A stretch of DNA of 62,754 bases, filler included. It is 4 parts of 4 records of this genome, joined end to end, with 100 filler letters (N's around TTAATTAATTAA, not from the genome) between each part and the next. Parts side by side here need not be neighbours in the genome. Positions count along the whole stretch, not along the records: positions 1 to 29,453 come from SRR31156797_15626; 3 more parts are not named here. One strand, 5' to 3'. Within the stretch, counting starts at the first letter, position 1, and every line of letters begins with the position of its first letter. Positions 9,702-19,857 of the stretch are shown in pieces. A program made the position numbers and the translations under genes. The notes beneath the pieces were generated by a model. The model ran no database searches, was not told the origin of the DNA, and was given only the letters and a program-made list of their open reading frames with translations.

Positions 9702-10277
9702 ATGAATAAAAAAATATTAGTTTTCGATAATTACGATTCATTCACCTATAATTTGGTGCATTATATTGAAGAAATAGTTGGTTATAAGGTAGATGTAATT
9801 CGTAATGACCAGATTCCGATTGAAGAGATAGAGAAATACGATAAAATACTACTTTCGCCAGGACCTGGTATCCCCAAAGATGCAGGTATTCTTATTCCAC
9901 TTATTCAAAAATACGGTTCCACTAAAAGTATTATGGGCGTGTGCCTTGGAGAGCAGGCTATAGCTGAAGCATTTGGTGGTTCCATATCCAACTTACCTAA
10001 GGTGTATCATGGTGTTGCTACGCCTGTTGAGATAACTGTAGATAGTGAAGTTTTGTTCCGTGATATTCCTAAAACGATCAATGTTGGAAGGTATCATTCG
10101 TGGGTTGTGAATGATAATGATTTGCCGGATTGCTTTGTAGTAACTTCCAGAGATGAGGAAGGGAAAATAATGGGAATTCATCATAAAGAATATGATGTGC
10201 GAGGTGTGCAATTTCACCCGGAGTCCATTCTTACGGAGTATGGTAAAAAAATGATGGAGAACTGGTTGAATTCCTAG
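9702..10277 (+). CDS. trpG: Anthranilate synthase component II (glutamine amidotransferase)
   Basis: DNYDSFTYNL, SPGPG, GVCLG, RYHS, GVQFHPES. Confidence 0.96.
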   Translation: MNKKILVFDNYDSFTYNLVHYIEEIVGYKVDVIRNDQIPIEEIEKYDKILLSPGPGIPKDAGILIPLIQKYGSTKSIMGVCLGEQAIAEAFGGSISNLPKVYHGVATPVEITVDSEVLFRDIPKTINVGRYHSWVVNDNDLPDCFVVTSRDEEGKIMGIHHKEYDVRGVQFHPESILTEYGKKMMENWLNS

Positions 10278-10320
10278 AGCCAAAAACCTAAAATCTTAAA
10301 GTTTAATTGTCTGATTTGTA

Positions 10321-11313
10321 ATGAAAGATATTCTAAAAAAACTCTTTGAGTATAAAAAACTATCGCGCTCAGAAGCAAAAGAAATGCTGATTAATATTGC
10401 GGGCGAAAAATATAATGCTTCTCATGTTGTTGCGTTTCTGTCGGTTTATATGATGCGTCCGATAAGTGTGGAGGAATTAAGTGGTTTTAGAGATGCTTTG
10501 CTAGAACTGTGCAGAAAAATTGACCTGTCAGATTTTGATGCCATCGATATTGTAGGAACCGGTGGAGATGGAAAGAATACCTTTAATATATCAACCTTGT
10601 CGTCAATTGTAGTGGCAGGAGCTGGTTATAAGGTAACTAAGCATGGTAATTATGGGGTTTCTTCTTCATGTGGTTCTTCTAATGTGATGGAGCATTTAGG
10701 GTATCGGTTTATAAATGAGGAAGATGCTCTGAAAACTCAGGTAGATAAGGCAGGGATTTGCTTTTTACATGCTCCATTATTTCATCCAGCGATGAAAGCA
10801 GTGGCGCCATACCGAAAAGAATTGGGTATGAAAACCTTTTTCAATATGTTGGGGCCATTGGTTAATCCTTCTTTCCCTAAAAGTCAGTTATTAGGAGTTT
10901 ATAGTTTGGAATTGGCCAGATTATATCAGTATCTTTTCCAAGATACTGATAAAAATTACACCATTATTCACAGTTTAGATGGCTATGATGAAATATCACT
11001 AACAGGAGACTTTAAGGCTATTACAAATCAGGGTGAACAATTAATTTCTCCTGAGCAATTAGGTTTTAAACGTATCCAACAAGAAGAAATATTTGGTGGA
11101 GATACAGTGCCGGAAGCAGCCAAAATATTTACAGATATATTGGATGGAGCTGGTACGGAAGCTCAAAATTCTGCCATCTATGCTAATGCAGGAATGGCTA
11201 TTCAATGTATGGATAGTTCGAAATCAACGGCAGAGGCTATTGAGTTGGCTAAAGATTCGCTTTTATCAGGGAAAGCCCAAAAAGTATTGAAGACATTAAT
11301 AGAATTACAATAG
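10321..11313 (+). CDS. trpD: Anthranilate phosphoribosyltransferase
   Basis: DIVGTGGDG.NTFNIST, KHGN, FHPAMK, GYDE. Confidence 0.97.
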   Translation: MKDILKKLFEYKKLSRSEAKEMLINIAGEKYNASHVVAFLSVYMMRPISVEELSGFRDALLELCRKIDLSDFDAIDIVGTGGDGKNTFNISTLSSIVVAGAGYKVTKHGNYGVSSSCGSSNVMEHLGYRFINEEDALKTQVDKAGICFLHAPLFHPAMKAVAPYRKELGMKTFFNMLGPLVNPSFPKSQLLGVYSLELARLYQYLFQDTDKNYTIIHSLDGYDEISLTGDFKAITNQGEQLISPEQLGFKRIQQEEIFGGDTVPEAAKIFTDILDGAGTEAQNSAIYANAGMAIQCMDSSKSTAEAIELAKDSLLSGKAQKVLKTLIELQ

Positions 11314-11374
11314 TGTAAATATTGAGAACGGAGGTATAGTCCAATTTCTTAATACACGTATCATAGTCAGAGAA

Positions 11375-12166
11375 ATGAATATTTTAGATAAGATTGTTGC
11401 TCAAAAGAAGATAGAGGTTCAGCAAACTCAGGAATATAAGTCTGTTGAAAAACTAAAAACATATGACTGCTTTCAAAAGCAAGTTCCTTCATTAAAGGAA
11501 TATCTTACGGATGGCAAACACAATGGAATCATTTCGGAATATAAACGAAAATCACCATCCAAGGGCATTATCAATAGCATGTCAAATGTGGATGATGTGG
11601 TTCCTTTGTATGAAAAAGCCGGTGTTAGTGGTATTTCGGTACTTACCGATTCTGAATTTTTTGGAGGAAACAAAAGTGATTTAGTTGCAGCAAGAAAGAT
11701 TACGACTGTACCTATTTTGCGAAAAGATTTTATGATATCGCCATATCAGGTTTACGAAGCAAAAGCAATTGGAGCAAGTGCCATCCTGTTGATTGCAGCT
11801 ATTTTATCTTATGATGAAGCTCATGAATTATCAAAGCTGGCCAAAGATCTGGGATTGGATATATTAATGGAAGTGCATAGTAAGGAAGAGTTAGAAATTG
11901 TAAATCCTTTAGTGGATGTAGTTGGTGTTAATAATCGCAACCTTAAAACCTTTGAGGTAAGTTTGCAGCAAAGTATCGATTTAGCCAAAGAGATGCCTAA
12001 GGATGTTGTAAAGATATCTGAAAGTGGAATTTATACGCCAGAAGATATTTTTCTATTAAGGGAGCATGGATTCCAGGGATTCTTAATCGGTGAAAATTTT
12101 ATGCGCACACAGAATCCGGGTCAGGCTTGTATTGAATTTTCTGAATCGATAAAACAAAAGGCATGA
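11375..12166 (+). CDS. trpC: Indole-3-glycerol phosphate synthase
   Basis: EYKRKSPSKG, SVLTD..FFGG, LRKDF, GVNNRNL, ISESGI. Confidence 0.97.
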   Translation: MNILDKIVAQKKIEVQQTQEYKSVEKLKTYDCFQKQVPSLKEYLTDGKHNGIISEYKRKSPSKGIINSMSNVDDVVPLYEKAGVSGISVLTDSEFFGGNKSDLVAARKITTVPILRKDFMISPYQVYEAKAIGASAILLIAAILSYDEAHELSKLAKDLGLDILMEVHSKEELEIVNPLVDVVGVNNRNLKTFEVSLQQSIDLAKEMPKDVVKISESGIYTPEDIFLLREHGFQGFLIGENFMRTQNPGQACIEFSESIKQKA

Positions 12167-12801
12167 GTGTAAGTCCTAGAGTAAAGGTTTGTGGAATGCG
12201 TGATAGTCATAATATCGATGCCATTGCTAATTTGAAACCGGATTATATGGGCTTTATTTTTTATCCAAAGTCGCCTCGTTTTTTAGGAGAAGATTACAAT
12301 GCGAGTGCGTTGGGTAGAATTCCAAAGACAATTAAAAAGACCGGGGTTTTTGTAAATGCAACAGAAGATGAAATTGCAGAAACTATTGTAAAGTTTGATT
12401 TGCAGGCTGCTCAGTTGCACGGAAACGAAAGTCCGGATTTGTGCTCTAAGGTGAAGGCCATGAATGTTGAAGTAATAAAGGCTTTTCAGGTAGGGGAGGA
12501 TTTTGACTTTGATGTATTAAATCCTTATAACGGAGTTTGTGATTACTTCCTGTTTGATACAAAAACAAAGCATTATGGAGGTAGCGGACATAAATTTGAT
12601 TGGAAGATTCTGGATAAATACGATAACGATATTCCTGTGTTTTTAAGTGGTGGAATATCAATTGATGATGTGGAGGATGTAAAAAAGCTGCAGCATTTGA
12701 ATATATATGCCGTGGATATTAATAGTAAATTTGAAGTTGAACCAGCTCTGAAAAATGTAGAAATGGTTTCTGAATTTATGACAAAACTGAAAAATAATTA
12801 G
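12163..12801 (+). CDS. trpF: Phosphoribosylanthranilate isomerase
   Basis: VKVCG, GFIFY.KSPR, QLHG.ESP, FDT....GGSG, LSGG; ATGA overlap with trpC. Confidence 0.96.
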   Translation: MSVSPRVKVCGMRDSHNIDAIANLKPDYMGFIFYPKSPRFLGEDYNASALGRIPKTIKKTGVFVNATEDEIAETIVKFDLQAAQLHGNESPDLCSKVKAMNVEVIKAFQVGEDFDFDVLNPYNGVCDYFLFDTKTKHYGGSGHKFDWKILDKYDNDIPVFLSGGISIDDVEDVKKLQHLNIYAVDINSKFEVEPALKNVEMVSEFMTKLKNN

Positions 12802-12803
12802 CA

Positions 12804-13994
12804 ATGAGCTCAAAATATAACGCAGACGAGAAAGGGATGTATGGGCGCTTTGGTGGCGCATGGATACCTGAGATGTTACAACCCAATATTGATAATCTTA
12901 AGAAAGTATACCTGGATATTATGAATTCTGAAAAGTTTCAGAAGGAATATTTGGAACTATTAAAAGATTATGTAGGCCGTCCATCTCCATTGTATTATGC
13001 CAAACGTCTTTCAGAAAAGTATGGTACTAATGTGTACTTAAAAAGGGAAGATCTGAACCATACCGGAGCCCATAAAATTAACAATACGTTGGGTCAGATA
13101 TTGTTGGCTAAGGAAATGGGTAAAACTAGAATTATTGCAGAAACAGGAGCTGGTCAGCATGGTGTTGCAACGGCTACAGCTTGTGCTTTAATGGGTATGC
13201 AATGTGTGGTTTACATGGGAGCTCTTGATATTGAACGACAAGCGCCTAATGTAGCTCGTATGAAAATGTTAGGTGCAAAAGTTGTAGCGGCTCAATCAGG
13301 TAATCAAACGCTTAAAGATGCAACCAACGAGGCGTTGCGTGACTGGATTTGTAATCCTGAAGATACCTTTTATATTATTGGTTCTGTAGTAGGACCACAT
13401 CCTTATCCGGATATGGTAGCGCGTTTTCAGAGTGTAATAAGTAAGGAAATAAAAGAGCAGTTCAAGGAAAAAACGGGTAGTGAGTATCCTGATTATGTTG
13501 TGGCCTGTGTTGGAGGTGGAAGTAATGCATCTGGTACGTTTTATCACTTTTTAGATGATCAGCAGGTTAAGCTTGTAGCAGTTGAAGCTTCAGGTTTAGG
13601 AGTTGATTCTGGGGAAACAGCAGCAACTATTGCTTTGGGTGACGTGGGTATTATTCACGGTAGCAAAACATTTCTAATGCAGGATGAGGATGGGCAAATT
13701 GTAGACCCATATTCTATTTCTGCAGGTTTGGATTATCCGGGTATTGGACCTCAGCATGCGCATTTAAAAGACACGGACAGAGCTATATTCTTAGATGCAA
13801 CGGATCAGGAAGCACTGGATTTTGCTTTGGAAGTGACACGATTAGAGGGAATTATTCCAGCAATGGAATCGGCTCATGCCTTTGTTGCTTTAAAAAAGAT
13901 GAAGTTTACAAAAGATCAGTCGGTTGTGATTACCATGTCAGGAAGAGGCGATAAGGATATGAATACGTATATGGATAGATTTAATCTTAAGTAA
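12804..13994 (+). CDS. trpB: Tryptophan synthase beta chain
   Basis: [50 protein letters not shown]. Confidence 0.98.
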   Translation: MSSKYNADEKGMYGRFGGAWIPEMLQPNIDNLKKVYLDIMNSEKFQKEYLELLKDYVGRPSPLYYAKRLSEKYGTNVYLKREDLNHTGAHKINNTLGQILLAKEMGKTRIIAETGAGQHGVATATACALMGMQCVVYMGALDIERQAPNVARMKMLGAKVVAAQSGNQTLKDATNEALRDWICNPEDTFYIIGSVVGPHPYPDMVARFQSVISKEIKEQFKEKTGSEYPDYVVACVGGGSNASGTFYHFLDDQQVKLVAVEASGLGVDSGETAATIALGDVGIIHGSKTFLMQDEDGQIVDPYSISAGLDYPGIGPQHAHLKDTDRAIFLDATDQEALDFALEVTRLEGIIPAMESAHAFVALKKMKFTKDQSVVITMSGRGDKDMNTYMDRFNLK

Positions 13995-14623
13995 TGGAGA
14001 TAGGTTCTGTAATTTCATTTATTGGCGCTTCAATCATTTTGATTTTGATGCCAGGGCCAGATAATATTTTTGTACTGACAGAAAGTATCACAAAAGGTCA
14101 TAAAAATGGAATTGCTATCTCTGTAGGACTTTGTTCCGGAATATTGATTCATACATTGGCAGCTTCAACCGGATTGTCGATTATAATTCAAAAATCAGCC
14201 ATTGTTTTTTCTGTAGTCAAATATTTAGGAGCAGGGTACCTATTTTACTTAGCCTTTATGTCTTGTAAAGAAAAAAGATTAAAAGTAGAAATAACAAAAA
14301 GCATTAATGATCAGCAAACAGGTTTCTATAAGTTATGGAGAACAGGGATATTAATGAATGTATTAAATCCCAAAGTGGCTTTGTTTTTCATGGCTTTGTT
14401 ACCTCAGTTTGTTAATGAGAATGGATATTCTGTGACCTGGCAAATGATTTGGTTAGGAATGATATTTCTAATGTTATCATTAATTGTTTTTTCATTGTTT
14501 GCACTGTTGGCCGGCAGTTTAGCTAAATATTTAAACCGTCCACGATTTTGGCAGATAACGAAATTCAGTAAAGTTGGTATCTTGACTGTTTTAGGAATTG
14601 GTTTGATGCTTTCTAGAAAATAA
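13994..14623 (+). CDS. LysE/RhtB family amino-acid exporter
   Basis: PGPDN near the N-terminus, KYLGAGYL.YL, NVLNPKVALFF; about six TM segments; TAATG overlap with trpB. Confidence 0.9.
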   Translation: MEIGSVISFIGASIILILMPGPDNIFVLTESITKGHKNGIAISVGLCSGILIHTLAASTGLSIIIQKSAIVFSVVKYLGAGYLFYLAFMSCKEKRLKVEITKSINDQQTGFYKLWRTGILMNVLNPKVALFFMALLPQFVNENGYSVTWQMIWLGMIFLMLSLIVFSLFALLAGSLAKYLNRPRFWQITKFSKVGILTVLGIGLMLSRK

Positions 14624-14681
14624 AAAGGATTTAATATTGAAGATGGAAAAATCATAGTTCCACCTTCTTAATAAAATAAAT

Positions 14682-15452
14682 ATGAATCGAATTAAACAAT
14701 TATTTCAGGATAAAAGGGATGTTTTATCCATCTATTATACTGCAGGATACCCAAATTTGGGTGATACCGTACCTATTTTAGAAACACTGGAAGATGCGGG
14801 AGCAGATTTGGTAGAGATAGGTATTCCTTTTTCAGATCCTTTGGCTGATGGTCCAACTATTCAACATAGTGGAGAAACAGCTCTGAAAAATGGTATGAGT
14901 TTAAATGTATTGTTCGATCAGTTAAAAGATGTAAGAACAAAAATTACAATGCCTCTGATTTTAATGGGATACATTAATACGGTGTATAAATATGGATTAG
15001 AGGAGTTTGCAAAAAAATGTAGTGAAGTAGGGGTAGATGGCGTTATTTTACCGGATTTGCCATTTCAGGTATATTTGGATGAGTACAAAGAAACTTTCGA
15101 CAAATATGGAGTAAGTAATATTTTTCTGATCACTCCACAAACCCCGGATGAGAGAATTAAACTGATTGATGAAAAAACCAACGGCTTTATTTATATGGTT
15201 TCTTCAGCATCGGTTACAGGTGCTAAAAAAGGACTGAGTGAGGAACAGCTGGCTTATTTTGATCGTGTGAAAAAGCTAAACCTGAGTAATCCTGCTCTAA
15301 TTGGTTTTGGAATCAGTGATAAAGACTCATATCAGGAAACATGTAAATATGCTGATGGTGCTATTATTGGAAGTGCATTCGTTAAGTTGTTAGGGCAGGA
15401 GGGAGATTTGCATGCTAATATAAATTCATTCATAAAAAATATTAAGGAATAG
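14682..15452 (+). CDS. trpA: Tryptophan synthase alpha chain
   Basis: TAGYP, EIGIPFSDPLADGPTIQ, LMGY.N, GVILPDLP, IGFGIS, IIGSA. Confidence 0.97.
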   Translation: MNRIKQLFQDKRDVLSIYYTAGYPNLGDTVPILETLEDAGADLVEIGIPFSDPLADGPTIQHSGETALKNGMSLNVLFDQLKDVRTKITMPLILMGYINTVYKYGLEEFAKKCSEVGVDGVILPDLPFQVYLDEYKETFDKYGVSNIFLITPQTPDERIKLIDEKTNGFIYMVSSASVTGAKKGLSEEQLAYFDRVKKLNLSNPALIGFGISDKDSYQETCKYADGAIIGSAFVKLLGQEGDLHANINSFIKNIKE

Positions 15453-15481
15453 GTAAAACAAGACAATTGTCATCTGTTTTA

Positions 15482-15512
15482 TTTCGGTTCTTGCTTTTTA
15501 TAACTAATTTTG
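15482..15512 (+). promoter_or_regulatory. Housekeeping promoter for purU-tlpA-his
   Basis: TTTC-N19-TAATTTTG; the -7 box is exact. Confidence 0.5.
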
Positions 15513-15570
15513 CGGACTCAAAAATATTTTAGTAACGCATTGATTTATTTCGTGTAAAATTATTTTTCAA

Positions 15571-16437
15571 ATGGAAAATAACGGAAATACTGCCATTATA
15601 AAAATCCATTGTCCAGATCAGAGTGGAATTGTTGCCAGAGTAACAGACTTTATTAATCTGCATCATGGAAATATTATAAGTGTTGATCAGCATGTAGACC
15701 ATGAAGAAAATTTATTTTCGATGAGGGTTTCATGGGATTTAACCAACTTTAATTTACCAAAGGAGGAAATTAAGCCAACGTTTCAAAAGTTTCTGGGTGA
15801 TCCATATCAAATGAAATGGACCCTGAACTATACAGATGAAGTTCCTCGTATGGCTATTTTTGTATCAAAAGCTTCTCACTGCTTGTATGATTTATTGGCT
15901 AGATATCAAAGTGGGGAATTTCGTGTAGAAGTGCCGGTGATTATTGGTAATCATAAAACACTTGAGCCAGTAGCTAAGCAATTTGGAATTGACTTTGTGC
16001 ATATTCCAATTACAGCAGACACCAAGGTAGAGCAAGAGAAAAAAGAACTGGAAATACTAGAAAGCTATAAGGTTGACTTTGTAGTATTAGCTCGTTATAT
16101 GCAGGTTGTTTCACAGGACTTTATTAATCATTATCCTGAGAGAATTATCAATATTCATCATTCGTTTTTACCTGCATTTGCCGGGGCAAAACCTTATCAT
16201 GCAGCGCATAAACGAGGAGTAAAAATTATTGGAGCAACGAGTCACTATGTGACTTCAGATTTAGATGCAGGACCAATCATAGAACAGGATATCAATAGAA
16301 TTTCTCATCATGACTCAATCAAAACCTTAATTCAAAAGGGTAAAGATGTGGAGAAAATAGTGTTGGCAAGAGCTGTAAAAGCACATATTGAGAGAAAAAC
16401 GTTAGTATATCAGAATAGAACCATCATTTTTAATTAA
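15571..16437 (+). CDS. purU: Formyltetrahydrofolate deformylase
   Basis: ACT domain CPDQSGIVA; VLARYMQ, INIHHSFLPAF.GAKPY, GATSHYVT..LDAGPII. Confidence 0.96.
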   Translation: MENNGNTAIIKIHCPDQSGIVARVTDFINLHHGNIISVDQHVDHEENLFSMRVSWDLTNFNLPKEEIKPTFQKFLGDPYQMKWTLNYTDEVPRMAIFVSKASHCLYDLLARYQSGEFRVEVPVIIGNHKTLEPVAKQFGIDFVHIPITADTKVEQEKKELEILESYKVDFVVLARYMQVVSQDFINHYPERIINIHHSFLPAFAGAKPYHAAHKRGVKIIGATSHYVTSDLDAGPIIEQDINRISHHDSIKTLIQKGKDVEKIVLARAVKAHIERKTLVYQNRTIIFN

Positions 16438-16444
16438 AGTGTAA

Positions 16445-16969
16445 ATGATTAAAAGGCTTCTCTTATTAAGCATTGTGTTGACTTTGTTATTTTCATGTTC
16501 TTCAAAAGAAAATAATAACAGAGGATATATTGTAAAAGTAGGAGATCTTGCACCTAATTTTAATACAACACTAGAAGATGGAAAGTCATTTCAATTGTCC
16601 GACCATAGGGGAAAAGTAGTGATGCTGCAATTTACTGCAAGCTGGTGTGGTGTGTGTCGAAAAGAAATGCCTTTTATTGAAAATGAAATTTGGAAAGTTC
16701 ATCAGAATGAGGATTTTATTGTTGTAGGAATAGATCGAGATGAACCATTGGAAAAATTGATGGAGTTAAAGAAGGCAACGGGTATTTCATATCCATTAGC
16801 ATTGGATCCGGAAGCAAATATATTTAGCTTATATGCTTTAAACAAAGCAGGAGTTACACGAAATGTGGTTGTGGATAAGGAAGGGAAAATTGCCTATTTA
16901 ACGCGTCTTTTTAACAAAGAAGAGTTTGATTTGATGAAGAAAAAAATTGAAGAACTTCTAAAGAATTAA
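16445..16969 (+). CDS. TlpA/ResA-like thioredoxin-fold lipoprotein
   Basis: Lipobox LFSC, APNF, ASWCGVC. Confidence 0.88.
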   Translation: MIKRLLLLSIVLTLLFSCSSKENNNRGYIVKVGDLAPNFNTTLEDGKSFQLSDHRGKVVMLQFTASWCGVCRKEMPFIENEIWKVHQNEDFIVVGIDRDEPLEKLMELKKATGISYPLALDPEANIFSLYALNKAGVTRNVVVDKEGKIAYLTRLFNKEEFDLMKKKIEELLKN

Positions 16970-16977
16970 TGATAAGA

Positions 16978-17577
16978 ATGAAGGTTGCAATTATAAAATA
17001 TAATGCTGGAAATATTCGTTCAGTAAGTTTTGCTTTAGAACGTTTAGGCGTTGAGCATGTAATTACTGCAGATGCGGAAGAGATAAAAGCAGCAGATAAA
17101 GTCATTTTCCCGGGAGTGGGAGAGGCTAGTTCTACCATGAAATATCTTAAGGATAATAAAATGGATGAATTAATTGTTAGTTTAAAACAGCCTGTTTTAG
17201 GCATATGTTTAGGTATGCAATTAATGTGTAGTCACTCAGAGGAAGGAAATGTGGATTGTCTTGGTATTTTTGACGAGCCAGTAAAGAAATTTGTGTTGCC
17301 TAATCCTAATCTTGAGTTAATAAAGGTTCCGCATATGGGTTGGAATGCTATTACCAATGTAAACAGTGCCTTATTTGATTCGTCTCTTGAAGGTAAATAT
17401 GTATATTTTGTACATAGTTTTTATGTAGCTCTAGGAGAGCATACTGCAGCAACTACCAATTATATCCATCCTTATAGCTCAGCATTGCATAAAGATAATT
17501 TTTATGCCACGCAGTTCCACCCTGAAAAAAGTGGAGATGTAGGTTCTAAAATCTTAGAAAACTTTATAAAACTGTAA
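16978..17577 (+). CDS. hisH: Imidazole glycerol phosphate synthase glutaminase subunit
   Basis: [36 protein letters not shown]. Start is 16969 or 16978. Confidence 0.96.
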   Translation: MKVAIIKYNAGNIRSVSFALERLGVEHVITADAEEIKAADKVIFPGVGEASSTMKYLKDNKMDELIVSLKQPVLGICLGMQLMCSHSEEGNVDCLGIFDEPVKKFVLPNPNLELIKVPHMGWNAITNVNSALFDSSLEGKYVYFVHSFYVALGEHTAATTNYIHPYSSALHKDNFYATQFHPEKSGDVGSKILENFIKL

Positions 17578-17578
17578 A

Positions 17579-18304
17579 ATGGCATTAATAGATATAATTC
17601 CGGCAATTGATATTATAGACGGAAAGTGTGTGCGACTAAGTCAGGGTGATTATGACCAAAAAAAGGTATATAATGAAAACCCTTTGGAGGTAGCACGTAT
17701 GTTCGAAGAACATGGAATTAAAAGACTTCACTTAGTGGATCTGGATGGAGCAAAAGCAGGTCATATCATTAATTATAAAGTACTGGAAACGATAGCATCC
17801 AAAACTAATTTAATTATTGATTTCGGAGGAGGGTTAAAGACCAATGAAGATTTGCATATTGCTTTTGAGAGTGGTGCAGAAATGATAACCGGAGGTAGTA
17901 TTGCCGTTAAAAATCAGGAAGTTTTTTCTGGATGGATTGAAAAATACGGTTCAGAGAAGATTATTTTAGGAGCCGATGTGAAGGATGAGAAAATAGCTGT
18001 TTCCGGATGGTTGGAAACTTCGGATTTGGAATTGATTCCTTTTATTAAGGGGTACACAGATAAGGGCATTAAAAAAGTTATTTGTACTGATATCAGTAAA
18101 GATGGTATGTTACAAGGTACCTCTACGGAGCTTTATAAAAAGGTATTGAGTAAATTTCCTGAATTGTATTTAGTGGCGAGTGGAGGTTTAAGCAGTATGG
18201 AAGATATTGATGCTTTGGTTGAAGCTAAAGTGCCTGCAGTCATTACAGGAAAAGCTATTTACGAAGGTAAAATTGATTTGAAACAATTAGAAAAGTACGC
18301 ATAA
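17579..18304 (+). CDS. hisA: ProFAR isomerase
   Basis: [42 protein letters not shown]. Confidence 0.97.
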   Translation: MALIDIIPAIDIIDGKCVRLSQGDYDQKKVYNENPLEVARMFEEHGIKRLHLVDLDGAKAGHIINYKVLETIASKTNLIIDFGGGLKTNEDLHIAFESGAEMITGGSIAVKNQEVFSGWIEKYGSEKIILGADVKDEKIAVSGWLETSDLELIPFIKGYTDKGIKKVICTDISKDGMLQGTSTELYKKVLSKFPELYLVASGGLSSMEDIDALVEAKVPAVITGKAIYEGKIDLKQLEKYA

Positions 18305-19062
18305 TGCTGGCAAAAAGAATTATACCTTGCTTGGATATTAAAAACGGGATGACCGTTAAAGGAATAAAATTCGTAGGAATCAAAGAGGTTGGAGATCCGG
18401 TAGAATTAGGAGCGTTATATGCACAACAAGGTGCAGATGAATTGGTTTTTCTTGATATTACAGCAAGTCATGAAGGACGAAAAACCTTTTTGGATTTAGT
18501 GAGAAGGATAGCGCAGCATATTAATATTCCTTTTACTGTTGGGGGTGGAATTAGTGAATTAAAAGATGCAGAAGCACTTTTAAACGCAGGAGCAGATAAA
18601 ATAAGTATTAATTCTTCAGCGGTTCGTAATCCTCAGTTGATTAATGATATGGCAAAAAACTTTGGAAGCCAGTTTGTTGTGGTTGCTATTGATGCCAAGC
18701 ATTTTGATGGAGATGAGTGGATTGTAACAGTTAATGGAGGCAGAATACCGACAGAAAAAAGACTGTTTCCATGGGCTAAAGAAGCGGAAGAAAGAGGAGC
18801 TGGAGAGATATTGTTTACTTCCATGGATCATGATGGCGTTAAGCAAGGTTTTGCCAATGAAGCTTTGGCTAAGATGTCTACTGAACTTTCTATTCCAATA
18901 ATTGCCAGTGGAGGAGCCGGAAGTATGGAGCATTTTAAAGATGTATTTACAAACGGTAAAGCAGATGCCGGTTTAGCAGCCAGTATTTTTCATTATAAAG
19001 AAATAGCCATTCCTGATTTAAAAAGTTATTTGCATCAGGAAGGAATTAACGTGAGGATATAA
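18304..19062 (+). CDS. hisF: Imidazole glycerol phosphate synthase cyclase subunit
   Basis: [43 protein letters not shown]. Confidence 0.98.
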   Translation: MLAKRIIPCLDIKNGMTVKGIKFVGIKEVGDPVELGALYAQQGADELVFLDITASHEGRKTFLDLVRRIAQHINIPFTVGGGISELKDAEALLNAGADKISINSSAVRNPQLINDMAKNFGSQFVVVAIDAKHFDGDEWIVTVNGGRIPTEKRLFPWAKEAEERGAGEILFTSMDHDGVKQGFANEALAKMSTELSIPIIASGGAGSMEHFKDVFTNGKADAGLAASIFHYKEIAIPDLKSYLHQEGINVRI

Positions 19063-19192
19063 TATAGGGTGAATACCCTTTCATAAAAAGAGAATAAAAG
19101 TAGTAACAGTTAGTATTAAGGAAAAGGAGCAGTATTTTTGAAACTGATAGGTTTGTTTTCCATACTTTCGTCTTTATACTTATAATAGGAAA

Positions 19193-19789
19193 ATGAAAAT
19201 AGATTTTGACAAATTAGGAAATGGTTTGGTGCCAGCTATCATTCAGGATGCAAATACCAATAAAGTACTAATGTTGGGTTTTATGAATGAGGAAGCTTAC
19301 AACAAAACCCAAAAAGAAGGAAAAGTAACTTTCTTTAGTCGTACTAAAAGTCGTTTGTGGACAAAAGGCGAAGAGTCTGGAAACTTCTTAAACGTTGTAT
19401 CTATTATGGTGGATTGTGATAATGATACTTTACTAATCAAAGCCAATCCAGTAGGACCAACTTGTCATACCGGTGCAGATACTTGTTGGAATGAAACGAA
19501 TGAATCAGATATATCGTTTTTAAGTCAATTGCAGGATTTTATTGATAAGCGTAAGGAAGAAATGCCGGAAGGTTCATACACTACATCTTTATTTCAAAAA
19601 GGAACCAGAAAAATTACGCAAAAGGTTGGAGAGGAAGCTATAGAAACAGTAATTGGTGCCATGGCTAATGATGATGAAAACTTTTTATACGAAGGAGCTG
19701 ATCTATTATATCACTTAATCGTTCTGTTAACACACAAAGGTTATAGAATTGAGGATTTAGTCAGAGAGTTAAAGAAAAGACATAAGTAA
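19193..19789 (+). CDS. hisIE: Bifunctional PR-AMP cyclohydrolase / PR-ATP pyrophosphatase
   Basis: WTKGEESG, DCDNDTLL, CHTG..TC, SYT..L, KVGEEA.E, ADL.YH. Confidence 0.97.
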   Translation: MKIDFDKLGNGLVPAIIQDANTNKVLMLGFMNEEAYNKTQKEGKVTFFSRTKSRLWTKGEESGNFLNVVSIMVDCDNDTLLIKANPVGPTCHTGADTCWNETNESDISFLSQLQDFIDKRKEEMPEGSYTTSLFQKGTRKITQKVGEEAIETVIGAMANDDENFLYEGADLLYHLIVLLTHKGYRIEDLVRELKKRHK

Positions 19790-19827
19790 TACTTTATCCG
19801 AAAATAGGATTTATTGTAACATGATAT

Positions 19828-19856
19828 AAAGGCTGTCTTAGTTTAAGATGGCCTTT
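19828..19856. terminator. Bidirectional intrinsic terminator
   Basis: AAAGGCTGTCTTA-gtt-TAAGATGGCCTTT between convergent hisIE and the kinase gene. Confidence 0.75.
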
Positions 19857-19857
19857 C

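Noticed and set aside
15454..15484. Possible terminator after trpA
   Set aside because: The stem is bulged and AT-rich; too weak to call.
19063..19192. hisF-hisIE spacer as a His attenuator or small RNA
   Set aside because: No His-codon leader and no terminator; only weak purine/pyrimidine complementarity.
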